NCBI GenBank assembly: GCA_951406725.2 | Contig: OX597823.1 | Location: forward strand, 35,588,001-35,652,000 | From: Octopus vulgaris | Lineage: Eukaryota | Reading direction: 5' to 3' | DNA length: 64,000 bases | Part shown: in pieces, positions 51,352 to 64,000 of the stretch | How the letters are laid out: each line of letters opens with the position of its first letter | Position numbering within the stretch: position 1 is the first letter of the stretch | Program-made: the position numbers and the translations under genes | The notes under the pieces: model-generated | The model's input: only the letters and a program-made list of their open reading frames with translations | Told to the model about the DNA's origin: nothing | The model's database searches: none

Positions 51352-51524
51352 ATAGACGCAGGAGTAGCTGTGTGATAAGAAGCTTGCTTCCCAACCATAT
51401 AGTTCCGGGTTCAGTTCGACTGCGTGGCAACTTAGATGACTTTTACTATAGCCTCGGGACGACCAAAACCTTGTGAGTAGGTTTGGTAGACGGAAACTGA
51501 AAGAAGCCCATCGTATATGTGTGT

Positions 51525-51585
<61 letters not shown>

Positions 51586-51770
51586 TGTTTGTGAGTCTGT
51601 GCTTGTACCCCCATTGCTTGACAACCGATATTTGTTTCCGTCCCCGCGATTCATCAAAACAGACCGATAGAATAAGTACTAGGCTTACAAAAAATAAGTC
51701 CTGGGGTCGATTTGTTCGACTAAAGGCAGTGCCCCAGCATGGCTGCAGTCAAATGTAAAAGACTAAAAGA
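51352..51770 (+). mobile_element. tRNA-derived SINE (same family as 4588-5444), no U6 head
   Basis: Collinear with other copies; internal (TG)n. Confidence 0.85.
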
Positions 51771-51900
51771 ATATATATAATATACATAGACATTCATATA
51801 TAAATGCCTGTATGCATACACACATATATACACTTATACATACATGCATATACATAAACATATGCCTGTATAAATTAATGTGCATATGTGTATGTGTATT

Positions 51901-52486
51901 TCTCTTTATTTTTCTACTTGTTTCAGTCATTTTGACTGCGGCCATGCTGGTGCACCGCCTTTAATCGAGCAACTCGACCCCGGGACTTATTCTTTGTAAG
52001 CCCAGTACTTATTCTATCGGTCTTTTGCCGAACCGCTAAGTGACGGGGACATAAACACACCAGCATCGGTAGTCAAGCAATGCTAGGGGGACAAACACAG
52101 ACACACAAACATACACGCACATACATATATATACATATATACAACGGGCTTCTTTCAGTTTCCGTTTACTTATTCTATTGGTCTCTTTTGCCGAACCGCT
52201 AACTTACGGGGACGTAAACACACCAGCATCGGTTGTCAAGCGATGGTAGGGGACAAACACAGACACACAAACGCGCACACACACACACACACACACATAC
52301 ACACATGCATATACATATATACGACAGGCTTCTTTCAGTTTCCGTTTACCAAATCCACTCACGAAGCTTTGGTCGGCTCGAGGCTATAGTAGAAGACACT
52401 TGCCCAAGGTGCCACGCAGTGGGACTGAACCCGGAACTATTTGGTTGGTAAGCAAGCTACTTACCACACAGCCACCCCTGCGCCTA
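51901..52486 (-). mobile_element. Same SINE family, with internal duplication
   Basis: Segment CTTATTCTAT..TTTCAGTTTCCGTTTAC occurs twice (about 52008-52169 and 52169-52349). Confidence 0.8.
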
Positions 52487-53539
52487 TATATCTATATATA
52501 TATATTTGTATTTTTATAGATAGTTATACATACTTACACAAACGCACGTACGCGCACACACACATAGATATAGCTATATAGGTGTATACATTGGGAACTA
52601 GTATCATGTATTTATGTGCAAAATACAAGCTGTTAGAAAGAGTATATTTAAATGAAACACATAATCACATAATGTTTGGCTGTTTTTTTTTTGTTTTGTT
52701 TTTGCACAGTTCTTATCTAAGTTTGAAATAATAAATACACAGACATATTATTCATGTGAGAATCGAATCAGTTATCTTTATCTCCGACATACTTATGGAA
52801 CAAACAGTTACGCAAAACAAATACTCAGAGATAAACAGATTTTACAGACAAATCATATGAGTAAATAAGAATGCATTTAAATGTTTGAATATAGACAAGA
52901 CATATTTGATAAACGAGGAATATCAATATATGACTTCTGATGAACGCTAGAGTATTGTTCTTTTTTGTTTCATTTTTACTGATTATATTGTTCATGTTTT
53001 CGAGATCATTGATTCAAGCTATTGAATACAAACGAAGTCTTCCTAATTTTCTATCTGTCATTGTTTGACAACTAACTGTACAATATTTCTTCAGAAACCG
53101 CTAACAGACTCGTGTTAAAAATGCTACCAGATGTTTCGAATAAATCTGGGGCTCCACTGTTACCTGGGAGTCAATGTTAAAAGAAAGCGGAATAAAAGAT
53201 ATGGAAGTTGAACAGAACAACTCTGATTGGGAAAGCTCACGGTAATGAGGATACAATGACTCCAGTCTCTTTCTTTTAAACGGTTACATTATGAGATCGT
53301 TTGACTTTGCGTAACATACATGTAACTAATCTGAAAGGGTATATTCTGTTGATTGAATGATTGTATACTACTGTGACGATATGAAATTGTAACGATCCCC
53401 CCGTTACTGACCTCAGTGTTAACAAAATTCCCTTATGATATCCAAGACCTACGCTTGATAGTTCGATTCCCCATACTTTATGCAACACATTTTCTGATCA
53501 TTAGCAGTAATTAATTTGATTGATTACTTATTTCTACGG

Positions 53540-53639
53540 AATTCTGTAACATTCATTTTATTTTTCATTACGCAATGGAAACCTGGCAATTCTGTAACAT
53601 TCATTTTATTTTTCATTACGCAATGGAAACCTGGCAATT
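53540..53639. repeat. 2 x 48-bp perfect tandem duplication
   Basis: AATTCTGTAACATTCATTTTATTTTTCATTACGCAATGGAAACCTGGC twice, with AATT junction microhomology. Confidence 0.9.
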
Positions 53640-53949
53640 GTCCACTAATAAAATATATGACACGAAGTCCTAGAAACACGTAATCATTTTTTTCTTTTTA
53701 CTTTTTCTAATTCCTATCAAAGTCTGAAAATATAAAATCATACACATATCATTCAGGTGAATAACACGGTTATATATTTAAAATAAATTCAATTCATATG
53801 TGCGTGTATTTAAGTATAGACATAGAGTGAGTTCGGTGCACCAGCCTGACCCCATGGCTTTCTTTGGAACTAGTAAAGGAGTAAAAGAGTAACAGGCGGA
53901 ATCAACAGAAATATATTCTGACTCAACTGTATTTTTTTAGTCTTTTATT

Positions 53950-54975
53950 CTGAATTTCAAAGAGGCCATATTATGGGTCAGTCTGAAGGTAGACACAGTT
54001 AGCCTAAAACCGCAGAAACTCTTAGGATTCCGCTTTCTACAGTTCATAGTGTGATTGTGCAATTTACCATAATGAGGAAGGAGTCAACATCACCTCGCCC
54101 AGGTTGACCAGGACTCTCTGACAAGACCCATCTCTTTGTTAAGAGAAGTGTGGAGGATAATCATCGTTGCAAGGCCTCTGACATAGGAGAACAAGGTGAT
54201 ATCAGTCCCAGAACAGCTGTCAGGTATCTTCACAAACATTTTGACCAGCCAATATCAAGCGGAGAAAAGATTTGGCCAGTGAGATGGTGGAGAGGCCATT
54301 AGTATTTTTAGAAACTATCATATTCTCCAGTGAGTTTAGATTTGCTGTATTTTCTGACAGTTGTTGAGTGTGTGTGTCTGGAGACTCTGGCTTCAAGAAC
54401 TGTGAAAAGATTGCAACCAACAATGAAACATGGCAGCCATTCTGTGATGGTCTGGGGAACAATTTGGAGCAATGGTCGATCCAAGCTGGTTGATCAGAGC
54501 TGGTAGAGGGAAACATAAACTCAGATAAATATGTGTCCATATTGCAGAAAGGACTTCTAATCTTCTCAAGTGGTGAAATGATTAAAGAAACTTCTTTATT
54601 CATGGAAGATGGGGCTAAAATGACCCAAGATTTGTTGGAAGCTTCCATGGCCAAGCAGTCACCAGATATGAACCCTATTGAACACCTCTGGGGCATAATG
54701 GACAGGACACTTCATAAAAAGAACAAGAAAGCATCTTCAAAGCCAGATCATTTGATATTACTGCATGAAACTTGGCAAGAAATTCCGCAAGAAAATATTC
54801 GTCATCTGACCAGTAAGATGCCCAACAGGGTCTTTGCATTGAAAAATGCAAAGGGCATGTCTACTTAATATTAAATATTCGCATTGTAACTAATAAATAA
54901 TTTGAATGTATAATTTCAGATTTAAATAAATTTTAATGACTATATGAGTGCCTATTTACTTCTGTCATGGCTGTG
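53950..54975 (+). mobile_element. Decayed Tc1-like transposon
   Basis: SVMVWG, INSDKYVSIL, FMEDGA, QSPDMNPIEHLW, SKMPNRVFAL..AKG.ST. Confidence 0.85.
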
Positions 54976-55889
54976 AATATCAATTATGTTTGCTGCATAT
55001 AGAAACAAAAGGGATTTCAGAATATAGTGGTTTTGGGTTATTATTATTATTATCTTCTAATAATTCTGTTTGTCAATGCTTTCCTTAGCCTGTCGGTAAC
55101 ACTTTCTCGTAATTAAAGAAAAAGAGGGAGAAAGAAACGAGGGAAAAAGAAAGAGGGAAGGCGAAAAAGAGGGAGAGAAGATGTGAGGTTAAGGGATGTA
55201 ATTATAACGCTTCATAAAAAGAACAAGAATGTAATTATAATGCTTTCACGCGATCAGTTGAAGAGAAAGATAAGAGAAAAACGAGGAAAAGAGGATAAGG
55301 CGAAGAATGAGACAGAAAGATGAAGCAAGAAAAAGAGGGAGGGGGAAGCGTCCATGACGGGCGGTAGTGGGAACGTAATATTTATTATGTGGTCGAAAAT
55401 GTTAGTTGAAGTTAGTAACATAGAGGAGGAGAGTTAAAAATATAGTTTTAGCAGAGGTGATGGTGAGGTTAAAGAATGGCAGAGAGAGGGGCAGAGATAA
55501 GAAAGAGAGGGAGAAGGGAGGGAGAGAGAGGGTTGAACAGAGATGATGATGATGAGTTGGGGGTGAAGGGGTAGAGGTAGTGGTAGTGGTGGTGATTGGA
55601 TAGTCAAAATCTTTTTTTATTGAACTAAGTTTTTTTATATATCACCTATCACGTAACGCATGCGCATAAGTGCAATTCCGTGAAATATTCACGCTTATTT
55701 ACGTGAAGATAAATGCAATTTAACTAAAAGTTTTTTTTTGTTAGTGAGAGCAGTCGAGTTTATTTCAGATATTCACATTTTAAAAATCATCTCCGGTTAA
55801 TCGTTGAGAGGACGTTGGTGTTGCCATGGCAGAGGTTTGCGCTCTCTGAGTGCTCTTAATCTTATTATTATTATTATTATTATTATATG

Positions 55890-56335
55890 AAAACTCACAA
55901 CTTATTTTGCTGGGTATTGAGGGAAAGTGTCAGTTGTCCACAACCAGCAGATTAAGTTGACACTTGTTTATTGGTCATGCTTCAAGAACTCTGCGAAGGA
56001 TTCTTGCAGTTCCAAGCAATGCTGATTATTGTAGGTGTTCTACCTTCACACTTGCACCAATCTTTTTCAGCCATGCTGAAAGCTGAGTGCTGATTCTTTC
56101 AAGTGCACCAGTTACTATTAGTATCACGCCTACTCTCTTCAATGACAACAACCTTCGTATTTCCCACTTCAAATCATCATACTTGTTTATTTTTTCTTAT
56201 TTTTTCACATTGATCCTATTGTCACCGGATCGCACATTATTATAAATGTTCTTTCTTTTTTATTCATCACAACAATGTCCAGTTTCCGATGTCCGGTCGG
56301 GTGATCGCACTGAATCATTGCATCCAAGTAACCAC
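55890..56335 (-). mobile_element. RLE-LINE C-terminal fragment next to (TAA)n
   Basis: IQCD....R.LDIVV, KYDDLKWEIRRL..., IVTGAL, LLGTARILRRVLE. Confidence 0.7.
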
Positions 56336-56646
56336 GTTCAAATATATTTAATTAATGCTTCAATTCTATTTAGTTTGTTGTAGTTGCTTTCTTATTGGGT
56401 TCAAACTTTTGGCACAAGGTTAGCAACTTCGGCGGGAGTGAAGGGGATTAGTCAATTACATCCACCCCACTCCTCAACTCGTACTTATTTCATCGACCCC
56501 AAAACGATGAAACGCAAAGTCGATCTCACTGGAATAAGTTACTTATTGATATTTTCATAATGCCGAAATACCATAAGACAAAATAATTATCGGAGATGTA
56601 TTTGCATAGCAAGTGACCTGATCTGAGATCGTGTGCTGAAACAAAA

Positions 56647-56848
56647 ACAATTGCAGGTGGAGGGTGTTTATAAGCCATTTAAAAACACGCATAAACCATT
56701 AGATTCACTTCAACATTTCGTCAGTGAACGGGTCGCGGTTTCAAAGCGACGAAAATATTTTGACAAATCAAATTTAAATGTTGAAGTAAATCTAACGGTT
56801 TTTGTGTGTTTTTAAATGGTTTATAAACAACTTCCACACTGCAATTGT
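56647..56848. mobile_element. Fold-back repeat with variant (G3-C8) hammerhead-like motif at 56716-56767
   Basis: Imperfect arms 56647-56718 and 56776-56848; same family as 58645-58925. Confidence 0.7.
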
Positions 56849-57059
56849 ACAATAATTATCGTTTCTCCTTTTTATTTTTCCGATGTTTTTATTTAGAAAA
56901 AACACTTCAAGCTATTTTTCCTGCCGTTTTCTCTCTCTGAATTATCACATTGTAAGTATTGAGAACGTCATAATATCAGGGAATCGCAATATATTGCTAA
57001 CATTTCCCGATCGCGTCATATTTTTGTCTGACATAAAACTTAACTTTTCAACACATACA

Positions 57060-57720
57060 TTAATTACACATTTATTTAAATAAAATGTAGAAGACGTACT
57101 TCAAGTTTAAATTCAGCCAAAGTCAGTGAACACACTGTCGTTCCAGTTGCATTGAGAACGCTTTTCCATTGTAGAAATATCTGATGATAGCGCTCACCAT
57201 GCTTGTCATTCACCACTTGCGATATGTCCGAAAAGCAGAAACATTTCATATGTTGCACTTCTTTACTTGGTAAGAGTTAGGAATGTCACCTTCACCTACA
57301 ATTTCGGAATAGTTATTGGAATTGTAATTCCTTAAAAAATTGCTCAGAGACATTTGAAATTTTTTCCACAAAGCAGCTTCATTCGCTTGCTTCTTTAAAT
57401 CTTTCACTTAACAATTCTAAACTTTATTCATCTTTCCTTCATATCTATAACTCTTAGCATTTCTCTGATCTGAGGCCCTACAAAAACACCTTCTAACTTT
57501 CATATCACTGAACTGTGAAACTCAAATATTTGAGTCTAGTTTGCATTTCATCCGTTACTTTAGTATGCATCTGAAGAAGGAAAACTTTCTTCGGGGTCAC
57601 CAAGTGAACTGCGCAAAATATTTTGTTTCTCCAGGAACAAGTGAGGTACGTGTTGGTCAAATATTATGTACGTAACAGTACAAAACAATAGCAAAAGTTT
57701 AATGTCCTTTCAATATTCAT
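57060..57720 (-). mobile_element. Decayed DNA transposase fragment (Chapaev3-like)
   Basis: EGVFVGPQIREML and D(K)HGERYHQ motifs; family assignment from memory of the motifs. Confidence 0.55.
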
Positions 57721-57960
57721 AGATATTTCACTGATATAATTGACACGGATTCTTTTTCAAAAGTAAAAAAAAAACCCCTTCAATTTAAAGTTACACCAGC
57801 AGACACATGAATGGCAGAATGAATAAAATAACTTAGCTCCACAGCATGATATCTACATGAATACAACTCTGGTGGTGTCAAAACAAGAAGCATTAGATGT
57901 TAGATGTTAACTGTTTGGCATTTATAAAACAACTATACAAAAACCGGTTAACCTCTAGTG

Positions 57961-58358
57961 TTTGACCCGAGCAAAAATATGAAAAAAAAAATAGTGTCAT
58001 AGGTGTAAAACAACATGTAGTAAACGAGTATGAAAAAAATGCACGCTGGCGAACGGGAGAGGGGGAGACGACTCGGAAAATTCACATCGGGGTGTTCCGT
58101 GTCCTCTCACAACTTCCCCGTTCCTCGGCGTAATGTTTTCTTCATAAACGTTTACTACACAGTATCTTACATCTAGTAGACTATTATTTTTTCAATTTTT
58201 GTGACAGTGGGTGGGTCCAGTAACACGACTTCGACACCCGGTCACAAAAATGAAAAGAAAAATTGTGTAATAGGTGTAAAACAACATGTAGTAAACGAAC
58301 AGGAAAAATGCGCGCTGGCGAACGCGGGGAGGGGGTAGAAAGGACTCGGAAAAATCAC
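57961..58358. repeat. Diverged direct repeat of about 125 bp (57961-58085 and 58231-58358)
   Basis: Shared ATAGGTGTAAAACAACATGTAGTAAACGA..CGCTGGCGAACG..GACTCGGAAAA. Confidence 0.75.
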
Positions 58359-58644
58359 TTGCCCAAAGTTTCATGCAGTGGGACTGAACCCGGAACCGTG
58401 TGGTTGGGAAGAATATCCATTTTCTTGAGGGAAAAAATCGGATCGTGTGAAATGTCCTGGTCCTCCCCACCCCCGTTCACCAACATGTGTCTTCAACTAT
58501 AGCCTCGAGCCGATCAATGCTTTCTGGCGGTCGAAGGTGGAATTTCAGATGAAAAATTATCTATGCTATACACGAAGATGAAAACAAAAATTTGCGCACA
58601 AACTTTTTTCGATTCTGTCTTCTGCATAATAGTATTAACAAAAA

Positions 58645-58925
58645 CAGTTGCAACATAGATGTTTGTAAGCCATTCAAGAACACACACACACAAAAACCGT
58701 TAGTTTCTCTGCAACATTTAAATTTAATTTCAATCTCAATATTTTTCGTCGCTTTGAAACCGAGACTTGTTCACCGACAAAACAGGTGCAGCACGAATTT
58801 TTGTCAGGGTTTTGTCGCGGTTTCAAAGAACGAAAATATTTAGACAGAGATGAAATTTAAATGTTGCAGTGAAAGTAACGGTTTTTTTTTTGTTCTGGAA
58901 TTGCTTACAAACATCTTACACGCTG
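58645..58925. mobile_element. Second fold-back copy, with hammerhead-like motifs on both arms
   Basis: Arms mirror each other around about 58783-58797; minus arm keeps the GTGAACA core (58768-58774), plus arm has lost it. Confidence 0.7.
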
Positions 58926-59688
58926 AAAATTATTTAAAATATTCACCCTTACCCTGCCCCTAATTACAAAACTTGCCATTGTTCTTCACTTTTTATTTGA
59001 TTCTTTATACGGAGGGTTCATGTTATTAAAATAAATTATCTTTTACATTCCTTTAAATAGTTACGAGTAAAAAATTTACTAATAGAGAATGATGTTATAG
59101 AAATAATTATACTCTGTGCGTTGCCCATTTCTTCGGTACAAACAGCAAGTCCATTTCTTGCGTACAAACAAGTCCGTTTCTTGGGTATAAACAACAAGTC
59201 CTTATATATATATATATATAACGGCGGTGCATCAACATGGCCGCAGCTCTGAGCTGAAACTAGAGAGAAAAAAATATATATCTATATATTCAAAATAGAT
59301 TATATAAATAGATGATATTTAATGAAATTCGGAATAACGAATACATAAAAAAAGATTTTAAAGGAATTTTAGAAATATTTGGGGGATCTTTGATAGATTT
59401 AATATAATGCAACGATATGTCTATCACTTGTATTTGTATAATAACGGGAGAGTATTCGAATATTTTGCCGGTTGTGCAACTAGTACTTCTTTACATGAAT
59501 ATGTGCACTGGTTAGCTCGCTGTCTGATATATGTTAGATGAGTTCATAACTTTATTCATTAAATGATCATTTATTTTAACGTGGTATGTGTAAACATGTA
59601 AATGAAGTATTATTTGAGGTAAACCCCTTGAGATCGTCAGTGCAGTGGTTGTGTGAGATGTATAGGCAGGACTTGAATAACATATACA

Positions 59689-59791
59689 AAAATCACAACT
59701 ATATAGTATATAGCATATGAAAGCTTTAGTTTTGAACATTATATAAAAAAAACCACAACTATATAGTATATCGCATATGAAAGCTTCAGTT
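59689..59791. repeat. 60-bp-period tandem duplication
   Basis: CACAACTATATAGTATAT(A/C)GCATATGAAAGCTT twice, 60 bp apart. Confidence 0.8.
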
Positions 59792-60379
59792 ATAAAGTTT
59801 GTGTCAAAGTGGAGGTTAATCCGAAATAAGCATGTATTGTGACTTTTTCCGATGGTGTCCCTAAAGTTCTTGTGCTGTAAAATATAACATCAAACGCTTT
59901 AAATCTATTTTTTATTCGTAAATAAGGATAGATAATCTACAACATAAAACCAAAGGCAAGCATATCGGTTGTATTTGTTCCATATATTTTTTAATATCCT
60001 CTCGAATTAACTAGTACTCATTCATTAAGGAACGAGCACGCTGGACTATAATTTGTTTTTAAAAAATGTGATTAAGATGTTTTAATTATCCAAGATCGAT
60101 CTTTACAGAATTTGCTTAAAAAAACAGCCTGTCACGACTATTTGAAAACCCAGCATTGAATTCAGCTGATACCAAACGCATGAGAAAAAAATTAAAATCT
60201 TAGGGATGTAATCCTAAAAACAGCAGATAAAGTATTTGTAAAGATAAATATTTTGACAGAAAGAGTACATCTTGTTTTTTTATGTTTAAAACGCATTAAA
60301 TATTAAATACTGGCATTTTTCTATAAAATCGCGGCATAGCACTGAAAAAGATCAGAATTTTCTCTAAATTTGAATATAA

Positions 60380-61812
60380 ATTTGCATAAACCAAAAGAGC
60401 AAAAGAAAAACATAATTTTTTAAAAATTGGAAGTGTTGAATCACAAGAAAGAGAACCCGTTGGCGACACAGGAGGAACTGAAGCAGAATTTCAAAACACC
60501 AATAGGAGTTAGTAATAATATTCTAAAGAACAAATCCAAATATTATCAAAAAAGATCACGAAGAGCAGAAGAATTTAATAAATTCGAATGTTACAAAAGC
60601 TATCCACAATCCACTTTATGAGCGGATTCAGAAAAAAGATCAAATTTTCACACAGTAACTATGATATGCTGAAGAGTATGGCTCTTAAAATTGCAGATCG
60701 TCTTCAAATTAAAGATTTTAAAGCTTCACAAACGTGGATTACACGGTTTAAAGAAAATTACAATACTTTTCTGTGTGAATAGAACTGGCGGGAAAATAAT
60801 GTCTCTTATAATCGGTAAATTCAAATCTCCACAGATTAACATAGAAGCTTTGGGACTAGATTACTCATAGCGGAAAATCTTGGATGACTGGTTTTATATT
60901 TAGATTGGTTGGAAAGAGGCTTAATGAAAAGTGGTTACAGATAATAGGAAAATACTTCTTTTACTCGACAATACCGCCGTTCATTACATCGATATCAATT
61001 TGAGCTATATAGAACTACATTAAGTGCACATCAAAAATACAGCCTATTGATGAAGGTATTATTCGTTCTTTTAAATCCTCTTACAGAAAGATTTTCTTAA
61101 GGAATTTAGGTATGATAAACGAGGAATATACTAATTTCATTGATGAGATTAAGAAATTCAAGTTATTCAATGCTCTTCCCCTTATAATTGAGGCATGGAA
61201 TTCTGTTTCGGTCGCTACAATAAAAAATTATATTAATCATGCCTTCAAAAATTGGGAAGAAACAAATAAAAGTACTTAAATACCGGCCAGAAACATGGTT
61301 GTTAGGGAAAATTCAATCGAAACTGATAAGAAACAGCATTCTATGATAATTTTAATCTACCTGTCTAGGCTGACGATAATCTACTAGATGAACTTTCCAT
61401 AGAAAACTTTGTTATCAATGATGAGCTCGAAATTTTTGATGAATTGGAAAATCAAACAAAGTAAAGTGAAAAAAATCGATTTTTCCGATGCGCTTTATCA
61501 TCTTGAACAGCTAGAAAAACTTTCCTTACAGTAAAATGGAAAAGTGGTGAAACAAGTTGCTGTCTTGAGAAGAATTTGATTCGAAATGAAAATAAGGAAG
61601 TCAGTCAAGATAAGAGATGTTTTTAGAAAATAATAATTAAATTTTTCATCATATTCCTTATAAAACCATAACTATAGTTTAAATCAAAGAAATGAGTGCG
61701 TGGTATTACAAGCAATACATCATTCTTTACTATATTCTTCCATTTTCGTTAAATTCATTTAGCGAAAATGATTTTTTGACCTTAGTGTAGTTTTCGTTAA
61801 ATGATAATTTGA

Positions 61813-61817
<5 letters not shown>
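60380..61817 (+). mobile_element. Decayed Tigger/pogo-like (CENP-B type) transposon
   Basis: DFKASQTWITRFKENYN, KILLLLDNTAVH, QPIDEGIIRSFKSSYRK; TIR-like ..TTTGACTG before (TA)n. Confidence 0.8.
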
Positions 61818-61844
<27 letters not shown>

Positions 61845-62095
61845 GAACTAGCTTAGAGAAGAAGAAACGAAACGAAACCAAATGAATAGAATCGAATCGA
61901 CGCGAAGGCGCTCAGTCATACAATAGTGTAATAAATAAAATATATGCATACATACAAACATATATGTACGTACCTACATCTACATGTATATATACATGCA
62001 TATATAAATATATATACGTGTGTACAGGACACCACAAATAAACGTAGAACTCAACGAGAAACGAAAACGTATACATATACATATACACACATACA

Positions 62096-62157
<62 letters not shown>

Positions 62158-62201
62158 CATATATATATACATATATATATATATATGTATATATATATGT
62201 A

Positions 62202-62260
<59 letters not shown>

Positions 62261-62594
62261 GCATGGCTCAGTGGTTAGAGCGTCGAGCCTACGATCGTGA
62301 GGTTGTAAGTTCGAATCCCGGACCGGGCTGCGTGTTGTGTTCTTGAGCAAGACACTTTATTTCACGTTGCTTCAGTTCACTCAGCTGTAGAAATGAGTTG
62401 CGACGTCACAGGTGCCAAGCTGTATCGACCTTTGCCTTTCCCTTGGATAACACTGGTGGCGTGGAGAGGGGAGGCTGGTATGCATGGGCGACTGCTGGCC
62501 TTCCATAAACAACCTTGCCCGGACTTGTGTCTAGGAGGGTAACTTTCTAGGTGCAATCCCATGGTCATTCATGACCGAAGGGGGTCTTTACCCT

Positions 62595-62595
<1 letters not shown>
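62261..62595 (+). mobile_element. tRNA-derived SINE with CORE/Meta-like body, embedded in (TA)n
   Basis: TGGCTCAGTGGTTAGAGC, AGTTCGAATCCC, TTGAGCAAGACACTT, CACTCAGCTGTAGAAATGAGT. Confidence 0.85.
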
Positions 62596-62673
<78 letters not shown>

Positions 62674-62674
62674 T

Positions 62675-62817
<143 letters not shown>

Positions 62818-62864
62818 GGAAAAAAATCAAGATAGAAAATGCTAAAATAATTTTATAAAAAACA

Positions 62865-62906
62865 TTTCAGTACCGGTTTCAGTCATTGAGACTTTTTCAA
62901 CTATAA
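62865..62906 (-). ncRNA. Minimal hammerhead with U3-A8 core variant
   Basis: UUAUAG-UUGAAAA-AGUCucaauGACU-GAAA-CCGG-UA-CUGAAA; palindromic ACCGGU stem III. Confidence 0.65.
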
Positions 62907-64000
62907 GTATGGAAAACAATTAAATTTTGGAAAAATTAAAAGAAAATTTTTAAAAAAAAATATTTGCATAGTTTTCAAATACAAGTGGCATTTTCCTTGT
63001 TTCTACCTGTCTCTGTCTCTCTTGTTTACTCTTGTGGGTTCGAGGTCGTTGTGAATTTTTGGTAGAGAAGAAGAAGAAGAAGAAGAAGAAGAAGAAGAAG
63101 AAGAAGAAGAATGTGGGAGTGCCAGTAGAATGGACAAGTGATCCGTTGTGGGTGGTAGCAGTAATTGTTGAATTCTGAAACATCTCTTTTGAATGTTTTG
63201 TTTATAAAATTTGCGTGGGTGTTATTCTAAACAGTTGTTCCTTAAAAGTCCTATCTGCCTGTCATATATCAAGAGATGTGTTATGGCTGAAAATCTGTTG
63301 ATTAACTGCTTTGAATCAATGGTTGGAGTGGAACTGTGGTTTTACTATTGAAGTTTATGAGATTGCCATTTGAGTTCTATGTACTGTTGATTTATTCTTC
63401 ATGGTTGGTTACACTTATGATTGTCTTTGGGTGACCTTTAAGAATTTACCGGTCATTCGGTTGGTTGGCTTACATGTACACATACTTAGTTTTGTATATA
63501 TCTACATTTATACACACTCATACGTACAGATACATGCTCACACACATATATATACATCTTTGTACATACTCATGCTCGGACACAGACACCCACACACACA
63601 CATATACAGGTACACATACAGAGCTTCCCTCCACCCAATTTAATTCGTAGGCTTGGATTATCCTGAGACAATAGTAAAAGGTATCCAAGATGTCATGCTG
63701 TGGATTGGTACCTGTAACCTCCTAAATGCAAAAATAACAATGACCATTCGGCCAATACATGTTTCTGGGCGCAATCGTGAGAAAGCGCATTTAATACATT
63801 TAAAGTTTATTTAGTAGGAAGCAGCTGACCATTCTTTCCGTTGTTACTGTGATTCTCGTGCAAACGTGACATCTTTCAGGTAGCATAATGTTCTAAATCA
63901 TGGTCCATTTCCGTTTTAGAAATTTGAGAGTGTACACATTGATTATCGTAGACATTCTCTTCCCCTAACAACTGTTGTCCCTCGTGACTTCTACTATTCC

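Noticed and set aside
62261-62330. Functional tRNA gene
   Set aside because: Acceptor stem does not pair and the sequence continues into a SINE body

Overview
AT-rich, microsatellite-dense eukaryotic DNA made almost entirely of transposable elements. The SINE and LINE repertoire looks like an octopus (cephalopod) genome; this is an inference from repeat recognition. No host protein-coding exon can be supported, and most ORF-track entries are microsatellite translations. Recognisable elements: tRNA-derived SINEs, RTE, CR1-group and R4/Dong-type (RLE) LINEs (one nearly intact), Penelope-like element (PLE) relics, Gypsy relics, mariner/Tc1/pogo/Chapaev-like DNA transposons and Helitron-like pieces. 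The main hidden signal is an RNA-level system of hammerhead ribozymes (HHRs) associated with (TA)n tracts. It comprises a 4.2 x 485-bp tandem array with a complete type I HHR in every unit (retrozyme-like, predicted circular RNA), fold-back PLE-type insertions (one folded exactly at HHR stem II), and HHR variants whose core 3-8 pair covaries (C-G, U-A, G-C). Separately, two SINE copies 17.5 kb apart carry the same U6 snRNA 3' end fused at an identical junction. All RNA structures were folded by eye; none was computed or tested.
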